64,000 bases of DNA from Vicugna vicugna (taxonomy: Eukaryota). Shown here in pieces: positions 32,095 to 42,588 of the stretch; positions within the stretch are counted from its first letter, which is position 1; the number at the start of each line of letters is the position of its first letter. The stretch spans positions 868,001 through 932,000 of the forward strand of contig MU058289.1 of the NCBI GenBank assembly GCA_013265495.1. The letters run 5' to 3'. The notes below the pieces were generated by a model, which had not been told where the DNA came from, searched no databases, and worked only from the letters and a program-made list of their open reading frames with translations. The position numbers were made by a program, and so were the translations under genes.

Positions 32095-33909
32095 GGGGAG
32101 TATCTCCCAGTCTTAGAATTAACAAAGGAAATCAAGAAAGGACAGTACTCTGGAGTAGGATGGAGCTGTTTTTCAGCTCAAAATTCATCTGGATTTGGGC
32201 GCCCAGAGTCCCGGGGCAGGGGAAGGATCTGCACCCTGCCTGGTTCCCACTGCCTGGAATGCTCCCCCTCAGCCCATGTGACCTCCACACACACACTGGC
32301 CATCCCTGACCCCGACATTCCCTACTGCATCTCCCCCTCTCAGCCCCCGCCCTGGCTTCTTTTGCTGGCAGACCCTTCAATCCGTGTGTTTATCTGCACT
32401 CTGTCTTCTCACTGGACTGTCGGCCTCCTTAGGGCAGTGTTTTGTCTCTTTTGCTCACTACTGTGTCCCTAGTCAAAAACACCGCTTGGCATGTAGTAGA
32501 TGTTCAGTTAACGTTAGTTACTGTTATTGTGAAGTGAGTGATGACCTCAGGGCTTGTGTCTGGCTTTGGGAAGAGGGGCTGGGCCAGGGAGGGCAGAACC
32601 CCCAGCCCACCTACCACCAGTCCCTTCCGCTGGCCTTTGGAACATGCTATGGGCTGTTTCCTTTAGACAAAGAGGAGTTTTGTTTGAAGGCTGCTGAGTT
32701 CACTCCTTCTCCTGAGAAGTGCGTGGGACTGGGGTGGGAGAGGGGAGTCACTGGCCTTCGGGGTTCCATGAGCTAAGGGGTCCCAGGACATCAGGATAAA
32801 GTCCTCACTCCATGCCTGTCATTCAAGGCTCTGCGGGCCCAGCACTGACCCACACCCAGCCTCATCCCTCTCCAGGCTCCCTTCACCTTCTGCCTCCTCT
32901 GCCTGCAGCCCTCTGCACTTCAACTTCTCGCCTCTTGTTTAAAAACGTTCCTTTTTCCTGGAACATCTGTCTTCTTGTTCACCTATTTGACTTTGACTTG
33001 TCATTCAGCCTCAGTTCAGAGGTCCCCTCCTCTGGAAACTTTCCCTGACTTCCCAGGCTGGTCCAAATACCTCCCAAGGGCGCCCACAGATCCCAAAGCA
33101 TCCCTCACTGAGCCCCCATCGCTCTGCCTGAGCCTCCCTGACCCCAGCCCCAGCCGCCCTGGGTTGCTGCTGTCTGAGCACAGCTGTCCGCCCCAGTGGA
33201 GTGTGGGCTCCATGGGACAGAGCCAGGGACTTTCTTGGTCACTGCTATGTCCCTAGCATCACCCAGGACAAGGTCAGGCCCCGAATGCCTCCTGCCCCAC
33301 TCCCTAGCTATGTGATCTTAAGCCAGACCCCTTCACATCTTTGCCTCAGTGTCTCATCTGTGAAAGAGGTAACCCTTCAGGCCACCCCTCAGCTGTCTGC
33401 TAAACTGGGGAGGGTCTTGGCAAGGCTGATGCCAGGTTCCCCCAGGACAGGCTGACTCGGGGCTCTGGAACAACATTTGTCACCAACAGGGCCCTGGGAT
33501 ACAGAGCCCTGTGATTCTCATTTGGGGGCAGAGTGACATCCGTGCCGTGTCTTTCCCTAAGGTGGAAATGATAAATCAATTGGATAATAACAGCTAATTC
33601 CTAACAGCATTCACTATCCTGCCAGGCACTGTTACTGTATCTGATTCTCACAACCCCACAAGCAAGGTACCATCAGCATCACTTGTTTTTGTTAAAGGGG
33701 AAACTGGAGCATAGAGCGAGGTTACGTGACTTCTCGGAGCACAGCCAGCTAGGAAGTGGTGCTGCCCGAATCCTAACCAGGGCAGGCTGGCGTTGGGATC
33801 TGTGCTCTCCACCTCAGGATAACACAGGTAACTTGGGCAATCCCTGCTTTTAAAAAATAAAATGGAACAGAATAGAAGGGAATGGAAAGTACTATGTGTA
33901 TGCATATAT

Positions 33910-34090
33910 TGGTGTGGCCAAATAATGGCCTGATCCCTGGATGCTGGGAACCTGTTACATCACACTGGAAAAGGGACTTCACAGAAGTGATTAAGGCTCT
34001 GGACCTTGAGATGAGGGAGATCAGCCCGGATTGCCCGGATGTGCCCAGGGTCATCACATGAACACTTTAACAGTGGGAGACACAGGCAGA
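33910..34090 (+). mobile_element. MaLR (MLT1-like) LTR fragment
   Basis: 'tgtggccaaataatggcc...tgttacatcacactggaaaagggacttcacagaagtgattaagg...ccttgagatg' is a typical MLT1 5' end. Confidence 0.55.
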
Positions 34091-34264
34091 AGAGTCAGGA
34101 GGAGCACAGACGACGCTGGTGGACGTTTGCTGTAAAGGGTGTCTGAGAAAGGGGACAAGAGCTGGATGGGGGGAAGGGACCAACGGAGGTTTTCCAGGAT
34201 GGGACAGATCGGAGCCTGTTGGAATGTGCTGAGAAGGATCCAGTAAAATGGGATGGACTCGGAC

Positions 34265-34449
34265 CAGTGGGGCCCAAACTCGAATATGAGTCAGAATTCC
34301 TGAGAAGCCAGTTAAAACAGACGATAGGGTGTCCCCCAGATTGGTAGTCTGGGAGGGGACCCAAGAATTTCCATTTCAAACTAGTTCCCAGGCTTCGCTG
34401 CTGCTGCCGCCGCTGGTCTGGGCTCCCCTCCCCCAAGGAGAACCACTGA
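34265..34449. mobile_element. hAT-Charlie MITE (MER5A-like)
   Basis: Terminal inverted ends cagtgg...aaact and gagaaccactg, with internal 'gtctgggaggggacccaagaatttccattt'. Confidence 0.55.
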
Positions 34450-35544
34450 TGTAAAAAGAGGGGGGGCAGGAAGGTTCCAGGGAGAGTTTCTGGAACAGTC
34501 ACAGAGTGGAGGTGGGGCCGCCAGGAGCACAGCCACCTCCCATCACCGCAGCCCGGAAGGGAGAAGGGCTCGGGCGGAGCTGCAGGGAGGGTGGTGGCGG
34601 GGCTCACAGACGGTTTCTGTCCATGTCTCCCAGTGAGATCCTCACAGCTGGGAGTGAAGTGATGTGGTCTGAGGGGAGAGGAGTGAACAGATCATCAGGG
34701 AGAGGGGGCCGGTGAAAGTACCAGGGAGGGGCTGGTGGGATGGCCCTGCAAGCTCATGATCACAGGCACGAAGGTGGCCCAGGGGTGATCAGCTGCCTGG
34801 CAGGGGGTGCAGGAGGAGACGGGAGCCTTCTGAAGTGGGGTGTGCTTGATATGTGGGAGGGAGGGCACAGGAGGTGAGGGTGGAGGCCAGGAGGGACCAC
34901 GGGAGGCGGGGGACCTAAAATCCGAGGAGAGGAATGAGGAGGAAGCAGTAGGGTCAGTGGGTTTGGAGGCTGGATGGCCAGTGAGGTTGACCAGTGGCTA
35001 GAGTCAAGGAATCAGGGGGTGGGAGCCAGAGACTGTGTTGTATAAGAAGGAAAGTCAGGAGTGGAGAGGTGACCCTGAGGCCCTAGAGGGCTGCCCTGAG
35101 GGGCAAGGCCTGTGGTAAGGACCAGGCCCTGGAGGGTTCCAGCTCTCCTGGGACCATCTGTCTGCCTCAGATGAGTCCACCAAGTGGTTTGCCATCTGCT
35201 TACCATTTGTCCACGTGTCTGTCTGTCTCCCTAACTTCTGTCTCGCCACCTCTTCTATTTATCCCAATATTCTGTCTTTCTGTTTTCCATCAACCTGACA
35301 CTCTCTCTGTCCATCTGCCCGTCTATCTATCTAACCATCTTATCTTCCTGTTCATTGGTCTGTCTATCCGCCTGAGGGGCTGTCTTCTTGTCCATCTCTC
35401 TGTCTGCATGTCCATCCGCTGTTTGATCCTCCACCTGCCAGTCTATTTGACAGCCTCTGTGACAGCCTCTGTGACTGCCAGTTCATCCGATTGTTCCTGT
35501 CACTCCACAGATGCCCCACCCTCTAGCCCAGCCCCCAACCTCAC

Positions 35545-35896
35545 CAGCGTGAGTCCTGTTGGGCCTTCAGATCTCACCACTGCCTCCTGGCCGTGGACCA
35601 CCAGCCGCACTGGGGCCTCCGGTGTTGGGGCGCCCCAGCCCAGCTCCACCTCCACATGGATGCCAGGGAGCAGGGCCAGGCCAAAGTGGCAAGGCTGGAG
35701 CCACAGCTGCTGTCCCAAGAGAGTGTGCAGATGGCCCTGCGGGGCCAGGCGGCGGGGGAGGTGCATGCGGGCACACACTGCTAACCCACCTGGCAGCCCT
35801 CCAGCCAGCAGCGAGCCTGGCCTTCCTGTCCACAGTGGCACCGGTGGCCAGAGGCACTGCTGTTCCAGAAGGAGGCACCAAGGGGCACAAACTGGG
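35545..35896 (-). pseudogene. TECTA-like exon 7 (TILa/VWC + VWD1 N-half), stop and frameshift
   Basis: QFVPLGASFWNSSASGHRCHCGQEGQARCWLEGCQVG*QC (TAG 35781-35783), then shifted ...LPGIHVEVE...VRLVVHGQEAVV...LTL|gtgagg. Confidence 0.7.
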
Positions 35897-36125
35897 CTGT
35901 GGAGAGAGTAGGGCTGGGGTCGGGGGCTGGGCCTGAGGCCTGCAGGCCTGATCCTGAGAGAGGAGGGGACGAGAGGTCCTGACTCCTGGGTCTAAGGATG
36001 GAAAGGGCAGGGGACCCAGACCACTTGGTCCTGAAGGAAGAGAGGGCTGGGGCCTCAGGCTCCCAGTCCCCGTGGCCTTGGTCCTGGGAACAGGCAGGTC
36101 TGGGGCAAGACCCTCACCACCTCAC

Positions 36126-36281
36126 CATTGTAGGCATGGCCATTAGGAACCGGCAAGGCATCGATGCAGCAGGCCCAGAACCCCAGGACGCCCATGTGCT
36201 GGTGTCTGCCACATGCAAGACATCGGGGGTCCTGGAGCCTGGGATGGTGACGTAGTCCCTCTGCTGGCCACTGTCGAAGTC
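36126..36281 (-). pseudogene. TECTA-like exon 6 (NIDO C-end), 1-nt deletion
   Basis: DFDSGQQRDYVTIPGSRTPDVLHVADTS, then a shift near 36196, then MGVLGFWACCIDALPVPNG. Compare the family 'GF.G...FSIPGSRT...TNVGVPGRWAF.ID'. Confidence 0.8.
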
Positions 36282-36366
36282 CTGGGGTGAGATTCAGGGC
36301 AGGGCCAGCCAGGCCAGCTCCTCCCCTCCCTGAGGACTGGGCAGCCTCTGCTCTTTCCACATCCAC

Positions 36367-36504
36367 CTGGGCTGTGATGTACCCCCAGGCATTGTCAGGG
36401 CTCCCACTGCTGGCCATGCCTGTGGCCCATTGGATGTCCTTGTAGAGAAACAGTGCCCAGGAGGTGCCATTGGCCGTGGCCAGCACCACCTGGAAGGTGT
36501 TCAT
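36367..36504 (-). pseudogene. TECTA-like exon 5 (NIDO core), still open
   Basis: 138 nt, phase 0-0: MNTFQVVLATANGTSWALFLYKDIQWATGMASSGSPDNAWGYITAQ. Matches the NIDO 'NTFQ.VL..DG..SF..F.Y..I.WTTG...AQ' pattern. Confidence 0.85.
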
Positions 36505-37044
36505 CTGCAGTAGGACAGTGGGGGGAGCTGGTGCATCGCCGGCTGGTCTAGGAGCACCCTTGGCGTCCCTTGTGGTCTGCTCCATCAAGCTGAGCTGGCT
36601 TCTTCCCAGCTCTCCCGCCTTCCCAGTCCCCTGTCCAGGTCCCCCTCCCTCAGAGCCTGCGTCAGCCTCCCTCTTGTTCTCCCTGAATCTCTATTTTCTA
36701 TTTCTCTTTTTCTGCCTCTCCCCAGCACATCACCCCCCCACCCCCACCATCTACCCTTTTCTTTCTTTTGCTCTCTCTCCACCTGATGGTCTCACTCCCC
36801 TTGCTATCTCTCTGTCTTTCCTTCTCCATCTCTCTCAGTCTGTGTCTTTCCCTCTCTCTCTGCCAACCATTTTCTCTCTCTCACTGTAGCTTCCCCTTTG
36901 TCTCCCCAGCTCTCCTATCTCTCTCCTGTTTTTATCTCTTGCTCTTTCCCTCTGTCTCTGACTTTCTCCCTTATGGTGTCTCCCACTTGCCAGGAACCCT
37001 TCTTCCCCAGGGGCTGGGCCCTTCTCCCCCACCCTCTTCCTCAC

Positions 37045-37322
37045 CTAGGGGCCAAGGGCTTCAAAAAAAGGAACTGGGTCGCAGGTGGCCATAGACCAGG
37101 CTCGCGAGGTGGGAGGGGCGAGGGGGAAGGCACAGGCCGAATCTTGGGCCGCCCGCTGCAGCAGCTTGGACTGGTGGCTCTGCTGGTACCACACGTGGCT
37201 CCATTCAGTGTGGACCCATCCTCCCAGAATGGGGCCACAAAGGCTTGGCCCACCTCCAGGGGAAAAGCCTCAGGTGGGAACAGGGCCAAAGGCTCCCCAA
37301 AGGACACCAGCCCACAGCAAAC
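37045..37322 (-). pseudogene. TECTA-like exon 4 (NIDO N-half), frameshifted
   Basis: VCCGLVSFGEPLALFPPEAFPLEVGQAFVAPFWED, then a shift near 37215, then VHTEWSHVWYQQSHQSKLLQRAAQD...ATCDPVPFFEALGP*. TAG immediately before the gtgagg donor. Confidence 0.8.
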
Positions 37323-37486
37323 CTGGGGGAGGCAGGGAAGGAAGAGATGGGTAGAGCCGTGTCATCAGGTCAGGGATCAGAGCGGGGAGGGAGCCCAGGA
37401 CTCAGAAGGAGGAAGAAGCAGATACAGACCGTATAAGGCAATAAATTAGGGCCCAGGGACCGATGATCAAGGGTCAGGTCACTGGC

Positions 37487-37617
37487 ATAGGCCGTCCTGT
37501 GCATGACATCAAGGCATGTAAAGGGCTCCAGCAGCTGCACCTCTTCAGAGAAGCCACCGTCCTCTGCTGGGGGTGCCTCACTCCTGTGCTCCAGCCCATA
37601 GGGGTACAGGAGTGAGG
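37487..37617 (-). pseudogene. TECTA-like exon 3 (pre-NIDO segment ASLLYPYG...EDGGFSEEVQL...RTAY)
   Basis: Resembles the TECTA/SNED1 'YP(F/Y)G...DDG.S..I.L..PF.FFG..Y..Y' segment. Donor is non-canonical GCCAGT. Confidence 0.7.
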
Positions 37618-37733
37618 CTGGGGACACTGAGACCACTGAGGCCCCTCTAAGCCCCACCAGAGCGGGGTTATGTCCCCTCAGCCCTGCCTTCCAGTCCTAT
37701 CTCCTCACCAGGAGCATGGGGAGCATGTCTCAC

Positions 37734-37772
37734 CTCTGAGCCCCTCGCTCCAGGTCACTTGGATCTTCAGGA
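37734..37772 (-). pseudogene. TECTA-like exon 2 (end of signal peptide, VLKIQVTWSEGLR)
   Basis: cccttccctcag acceptor and gtgaga donor; 39 nt, phase 1-1, in frame with its neighbours. Confidence 0.6.
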
Positions 37773-37852
37773 CTGAGGGAAGGGATATCAGCTAGCAACA
37801 GGGGTCCACCCACCACGGCTGACCCTCTTCCAGAGCACCTGAGCCCACTCAC

Positions 37853-37889
37853 CCACCAGCAGTAGCAGAGCACCCCATGGTGGCTCCAT
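37853..37889 (-). pseudogene. TECTA-like exon 1 (start of signal peptide MEPPWGALLLLV)
   Basis: cagcccATGG start, G|gtgagt donor (phase 1); upstream polypyrimidine acceptor at 37917. Confidence 0.6.
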
Positions 37890-38208
37890 GGGCTGGCCGG
37901 CTGCTCTGGCTTGTACCTGGAGTGGAGGTGGGGGCCCGGGCAGGGGCCTGTAACTCAGCTCCACCAACTCATTGTTCTGGAATCCAGTGGGCCGGGGAAG
38001 CACCCAGGGATCCTGGTTCTCCTCTGGTCCGGCTGAGGCTGGGCCAGGCCTGCGGGTGGGAGGAGGGGCAAGAGGAGACGGGATGGCTTCCAAGGCTCTC
38101 CCAGTGGGCCGGGTTCTCACAGACACCGAGGGCCCAGGAGGAGGTCCTCACCCCATTAGCAGGGCTGAGCATCAGTCAGGCAATCCGTAGATGGATAAGC
38201 TGGAGCTC

Positions 38209-38881
38209 TGTTGCTGGGTCACCTTCTGGGAAGAACCAATCTGACTCCATATTAGATCTGTTCCTTTGGTTCTAACCCTGTGCTCTGTTTCCTGTGCTTA
38301 GTCATGCTGGTTCTGCACCTTTTGTAAAAGAATGTTGCCTAGAGCCTGAAGTATCCGGGACAGTCCATTCTCAAGGCTCTGACCTTTAAGGGTGTATCAC
38401 TTTTCCATTCACAGAGAGATAAAAAGTTGCAGAACAGAAAATAGCATTTGTCTTCTTGGAGGTTTACAGGAAATCATGACCTGGACCTATGCAGAAAGCA
38501 GCAAGAGCAAAGGATTCTGACACCTAGAAATTTGCAACAACCAGCCACACCCCCTCCCCCTTTTTAGTATAAAAGGAGCCTGAATTCTGACTTGGGTAGT
38601 TCTTTAAAGCATTAGTCTTCCATCTTCTTCTTCTTCTTTTTTCTTTAAAGTGGAGGAGGTAATGAGGTTTATTTATTTAAGTGGAGGTACTGGGGATTGA
38701 ACCCAGGATTTCGTGCATGCTAGGCAAGCGCTCCACCACTGAGCTGTCCTCTCCCCCTTTGTCTCCCATCTTCTAAGTCTGCTGGCTTTCCAAATAAAAT
38801 CGTTATTCCTTGCCCCAACACCTCGTTTCCAGATTTATTGACCTGTTGTGGGACGAGCAAATGAGTTTGGACTCAGTAACT
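38209..38881 (+). mobile_element. ERV solo LTR with nested SINE
   Basis: Starts TGTTG; CCAAT near 38236; TATAAAA 38568-38574; AATAAA 38792-38797; ends '...tttggactcagtaac'. Interrupted by a SINE. Confidence 0.65.
38629..38757 (-). mobile_element. tRNA-derived SINE (camelid Vic-1-like) inside the LTR
   Basis: Reverse A/B boxes ('ggggattgaacccagg', 'ccactgagct') and poly-T. About 17-bp target-site duplication ttagtcttccatcttct (38612-38628) / tttgtctcccatcttct (38758-38774). Confidence 0.8.
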
Positions 38882-39774
38882 GCCAGTTCTCTCCCTAGCA
38901 GGTTAAAGATGAACTCACAGCCTCCCGGGACCTAAGCGAGCATTGCTGGAGAGGGTGGCAGAGATGTGCACCTGGGGAGATGAAGGGGCTGCAGACCAGC
39001 CAAGGGATCCAGAGGGACGTCTGCAGAGAATGACGGGAGAATCTGTGGTAGAAACTCATAGTTGGGCATTTGGGAACATGACTGGGGGACGTAAGGCAGA
39101 AGGAGCGATTCTCCTGAAGAGATGAGTAAGGGATGGGCAAGGGGAGCTCAGACTGTGGACCTGTGGAGATCAGTGAGGGCCACCCTAGCAGAGGAGATCC
39201 AGAATTAGGCAGTGAGGACTCCGTCTTCAAAATGGGGACCCCCAAGCCACTGCTCTGGCTCCCCAAACCCAAGCCAGCCCTTCACAGAGTCCAACCAGTT
39301 GGGACAGAAGGGCCCATGGCCCTGCCCTGATTTGTAGGCTCTGCCCACCCCAGCATGAGCGAGCAGACCCCTCACCTGTCCCCCAACTCTGAGTCATCTT
39401 TGATGAAGGCTTCTCACCTTCATCCCCAGAATACCCCCAGCATCTAGAGACACAGGCTTCCCTGGGGACCCATGGAACCCCGGGGGCAGGGGCTGGTATC
39501 TAAACCTGGTCACCCAAGAGGGAGCGGGTGGCTCAGACCTGTCTCCCGAGATGCCCCAGTCATGGTCTGGGTCCCAGGTTTGCCCCCTCGAGCAGATTCA
39601 CAGCCCTCCTGTCTCCTTTGAGGATTAAAACCAGAGACTGGCATGTGGGCCACTGGTGCAGGAATTCCAGGACCGTTTAGGAGGATAATGAAGAAGCATT
39701 TGTTAGTATTTTACTGGTATTTGATTATTTAATTTTTTTAAAACAGATTTGTGAACGAAATGAAAGCACTCATT

Positions 39775-39917
39775 TTTGGCTTGTATTGTTTGTCTTATGA
39801 GGGGGAGGTAATTAGGTTTCCTCACTGATTTCCGCTTGGAGGAGGTACTGGGGATTGAACCCCTGACCTCTTGGGTGCTGAGCATGTGCTCTACCACTTG
39901 AGCTATACCTCTCCCCC
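39775..39917 (-). mobile_element. tRNA-derived SINE (same family)
   Basis: 'gggggaggtaattaggttt...ggaggtactggggattgaaccc...ctaccacttgagctatacctctccccc'. Confidence 0.8.
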
Positions 39918-40749
39918 TATTATTTTTGATTTATATTGAAAAAAGCATGCCATCGCCACGTGATAACCCACTGTTCCATCATTATTACTGTTAAAATCAA
40001 GGCTAAGTTGAAGAAAAGGAGAGCGAAGAAAGAGAATGGGAAAGAGTTGATCTAAATAATAATATAAATGGTCCCAGTGTATTTGTTCCTGGTCTGTCTC
40101 TCCTGAAGGCAGCCCCACAAGGCAGGGATTTTTATCTGTTTTGTCTCCAGCTCTGTCCCCAGTGCTTAGACACCTAATAGGTGCTCAATAAATATTAGTT
40201 GACTAAATCAATGAAAGAAAGAATGAATGAATGGTAAAAATTAAGGAAGCTATATTCAAACATCTAGATTTGGGGCAATACTGAAGTAACATGCATAAAG
40301 CTCTCAGCAATGCCCAGCACATACGAAAGTCTCAAAAAATCATAAATATGCTATTATTCTAAAAATCATTACTTCTTAGAAGTACAACAAGGAGGTATTC
40401 TTGCCAAATGCTGACTAGCTGAGTATTATTATCAAGATACGCCCAGAGCTGAATATCATCATATTATCACTTCTGAGACATAAAAAAATCTGAAAATGTA
40501 TTTAAAAATGTATTACTGTCACAATTTTATTGTGTACAATGGTAGCAGGTGAATCTTCCAGGTTGAACGCTTTAGTGAGGGATAATTTCTCCCCTTTGTT
40601 GGCAGCCAGCATGCTTCTAAAGTCAGTAAGCTGAATTTTTTGCCTAACCTCCCACCGTGAAGAAGGGTCTGTCTCTGTTTCCTCTCCTTGAGTATGGGCA
40701 AGTTTGTAATTGCTTTAACTGACAGAGTAGAAGAGAAGTGAGGCCGGGG

Positions 40750-41113
40750 TGTACAGGGCAGCATTTGCTGGAATGCTCACTCTGGAGCCCCAAGCTGCGT
40801 GAGAAGTCCACATGTCCCAGGCCCAAGTCCCTTGAACAGACAAAGCAAGGGTGGTCCCAGCTGAGCCTGGCCTCTGGGCTGTTCCAGCCCAGGCACCAGA
40901 CTTGGGGGTAAGGAAACCCTGTACACCAAATCACTCCACCCTTTAGGACTTCTAGCTGAGGACCTGGACATCGCAGAGCAAGACAAGCTGTCCCTGCTGC
41001 CCGCCACCCCCCACCCCCGACACTGCAATGCAATTTTCTGAGCATAATAAAACACTTGCTATTTTACGGCACACAGTTTGCGGTGGTCTGTTACGCGGCA
41101 GCAGAACTGGGAC
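40750..41113 (+). mobile_element. MaLR-like LTR remnant
   Basis: 3' end 'aataaaacacttgctattttacggcacacagtttgcggtggtctgttacgcggcagcagaactgggaca' is typical of MLT LTRs. Confidence 0.45.
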
Positions 41114-42442
41114 AGCTGCTCACTGAAGAACTGCAGCATTTAAATAGTGTTACTTTTTCTGCAGACACCAAACTCTATTCTCGACTGACAGCACTATTTG
41201 AACGTTCACAATAATTATCTCTGAATACAGAATTCATGGCCATCACAATCATGGTTAATTACGGTGGCAATTTACTTGCAGAGTAACTCCGATGGAAAAA
41301 TCATTGTACGTTTCTCCTTCAGCTTGACTGGGAGAATGCCAACTTGTAAACCACATATGGAGCTTTCCATTCCCAGTTACATCCAGAAGGCTTTCTACAT
41401 TGGAAAGTGAATATTCAGATATAAACACTCGCCAAGAATGCAAAGCCTTACTTGTATTCCTGAGGGGGTTAAATCAATTAGATAAAATGGGCCAAATACT
41501 TCTGGCGTGGGGGTGCGTGGCAATGATACGGAAGAAAGAGTTTTGCTATTGGGCCTTTCTGAAGATGGAGATCTGAGCAGAGCTTCAAAGCAACCCTGTG
41601 ATTGTTATTGTTATTAGAATATCTGCGTGCCTCCGTGGGGTGGGTGGCAAGGTCGGTGGGAGCAGGAGAAACTGAGACTCACTGATCCCTGGCAAACGAA
41701 GGAGATGTGAATCACAGTCTCCCCACCCCGCTTCCTGCTCCAAGAGCAATAATGCGGGCAGAACCCAGAGTGGCACCCTGGTTAACATCTTCCCAGTGGA
41801 CCCTCTGTGGACTTTTAATGTCCAAACTTCCACCAGATTCTCAAATCTGGCTGCATACCCTCAGGTCTCCCAGGGCTGGACCATGCCCTTTTTAGTCCCA
41901 CACAGAGCAGTGTTGTTTCTACTCAGACTGGTCCCCTCCCTGCCAGGGTGAGCTGTGTCCCCTCAGATCCCCAGGAAATTGTCACATCTACTCAGAATCC
42001 CCAAGGATTCCATGTTCTCTCTGAGTCTCCAAACTTCATAAAGCACACCTATAGTACATTTTCCAGCTGACAATAGCAAAAGGGAATTTAGTCCTTTCCC
42101 TGTAACTCAATACATTTCTAGCAATACATTTCTATGAGTGAGTCAAGTCTCAAATTACATCTCCAATATGATGGGTAGGACAGAGCAGCCCCATGCAGAA
42201 GTTTGGAAGAGCTGCATGGTGATGTGGGACCGGGATGCTCCTGACGGACAAAGCAATGGTGGGGATCAACTTTGCTAGGGATTTAGAACAGATGCTTGGA
42301 GCATTTTCCAAATGGAAAGTTGTACATTATTCAAAGGCGCTGCCCTGTGTCTATTTAACTTTTAGGAAATTGCTTGGGAGCTTGTAGTTGATGGGCAGTT
42401 GACATTGTAAATTTTTATTTTATCATTGAAACTCATGGGAGA

Positions 42443-42588
42443 GGGGTGGGTATAGCTCAGAGGTAGAGCACATGCCTAGCATGCACAAGGTCCTGGGTTC
42501 AATCCACGGTACCTCCATTAAGAAATAAATAAACCTAATTATCTCTCCCTCACTCCCCACCCCACTAAATAAAAAAAAAGTTTTTAAC
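42443..42588 (+). mobile_element. tRNA-derived SINE (same family), full length
   Basis: ggggtgggtatagctcagaggtagag...gggttcaatcc...aaataaataaacctaatt...poly-A. TSD aaactcatggga / aaagtcatggga. Confidence 0.85.

Larger units (their letters stand above)
25100..37889 (-). pseudogene. Unprocessed pseudogene of an alpha-tectorin (TECTA)-like / FCGBP-zonadhesin family secreted protein: SP-NIDO-TILa-VWD-C8-TIL-TILa-VWD-(gap)-VWD
   Basis: At least 12 collinear minus-strand exon remnants with mostly canonical AG/GT sites and family-diagnostic motifs: LYPYG, FVAPFWED, NTFQVVL...IQWATG, IPGSRTPD, TCGLRGNF, PFASCH...CVNDLC, WRNSSFC, CVRLEQCGC, LCGLSGNFSGDPGDD, FGNVW, TCQAS..HIITFNG...FRGTC. Multiple frameshifts and in-frame stops. 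Confidence 0.85.

Noticed and set aside
35171..35911. 246-aa plus-strand ORF, the longest in the track
   Set aside because: It is a low-complexity (TCTG/TCCA) tract joined to the antisense of a pseudogene exon, with no recognisable protein.
37876..37884. Perfect Kozak GCCACCATGG inside pseudogene exon 1 as the true start
   Set aside because: It is out of frame with the hydrophobic signal peptide and downstream exons. The ATG at 37889 fits the phase.
25100..37889. Calling the locus TECTA, FCGBP or ZAN, or an intact CDS
   Set aside because: It is too divergent from TECTA and in the wrong syntenic position. FCGBP and ZAN lack NIDO. Many frameshifts and stops are present, so no gene symbol is assigned.
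41115..42420. AT-rich stretches resembling decayed DNA-transposon coding sequence
   Set aside because: I could not recognise a transposase motif or termini by eye. A Dfam search is needed.
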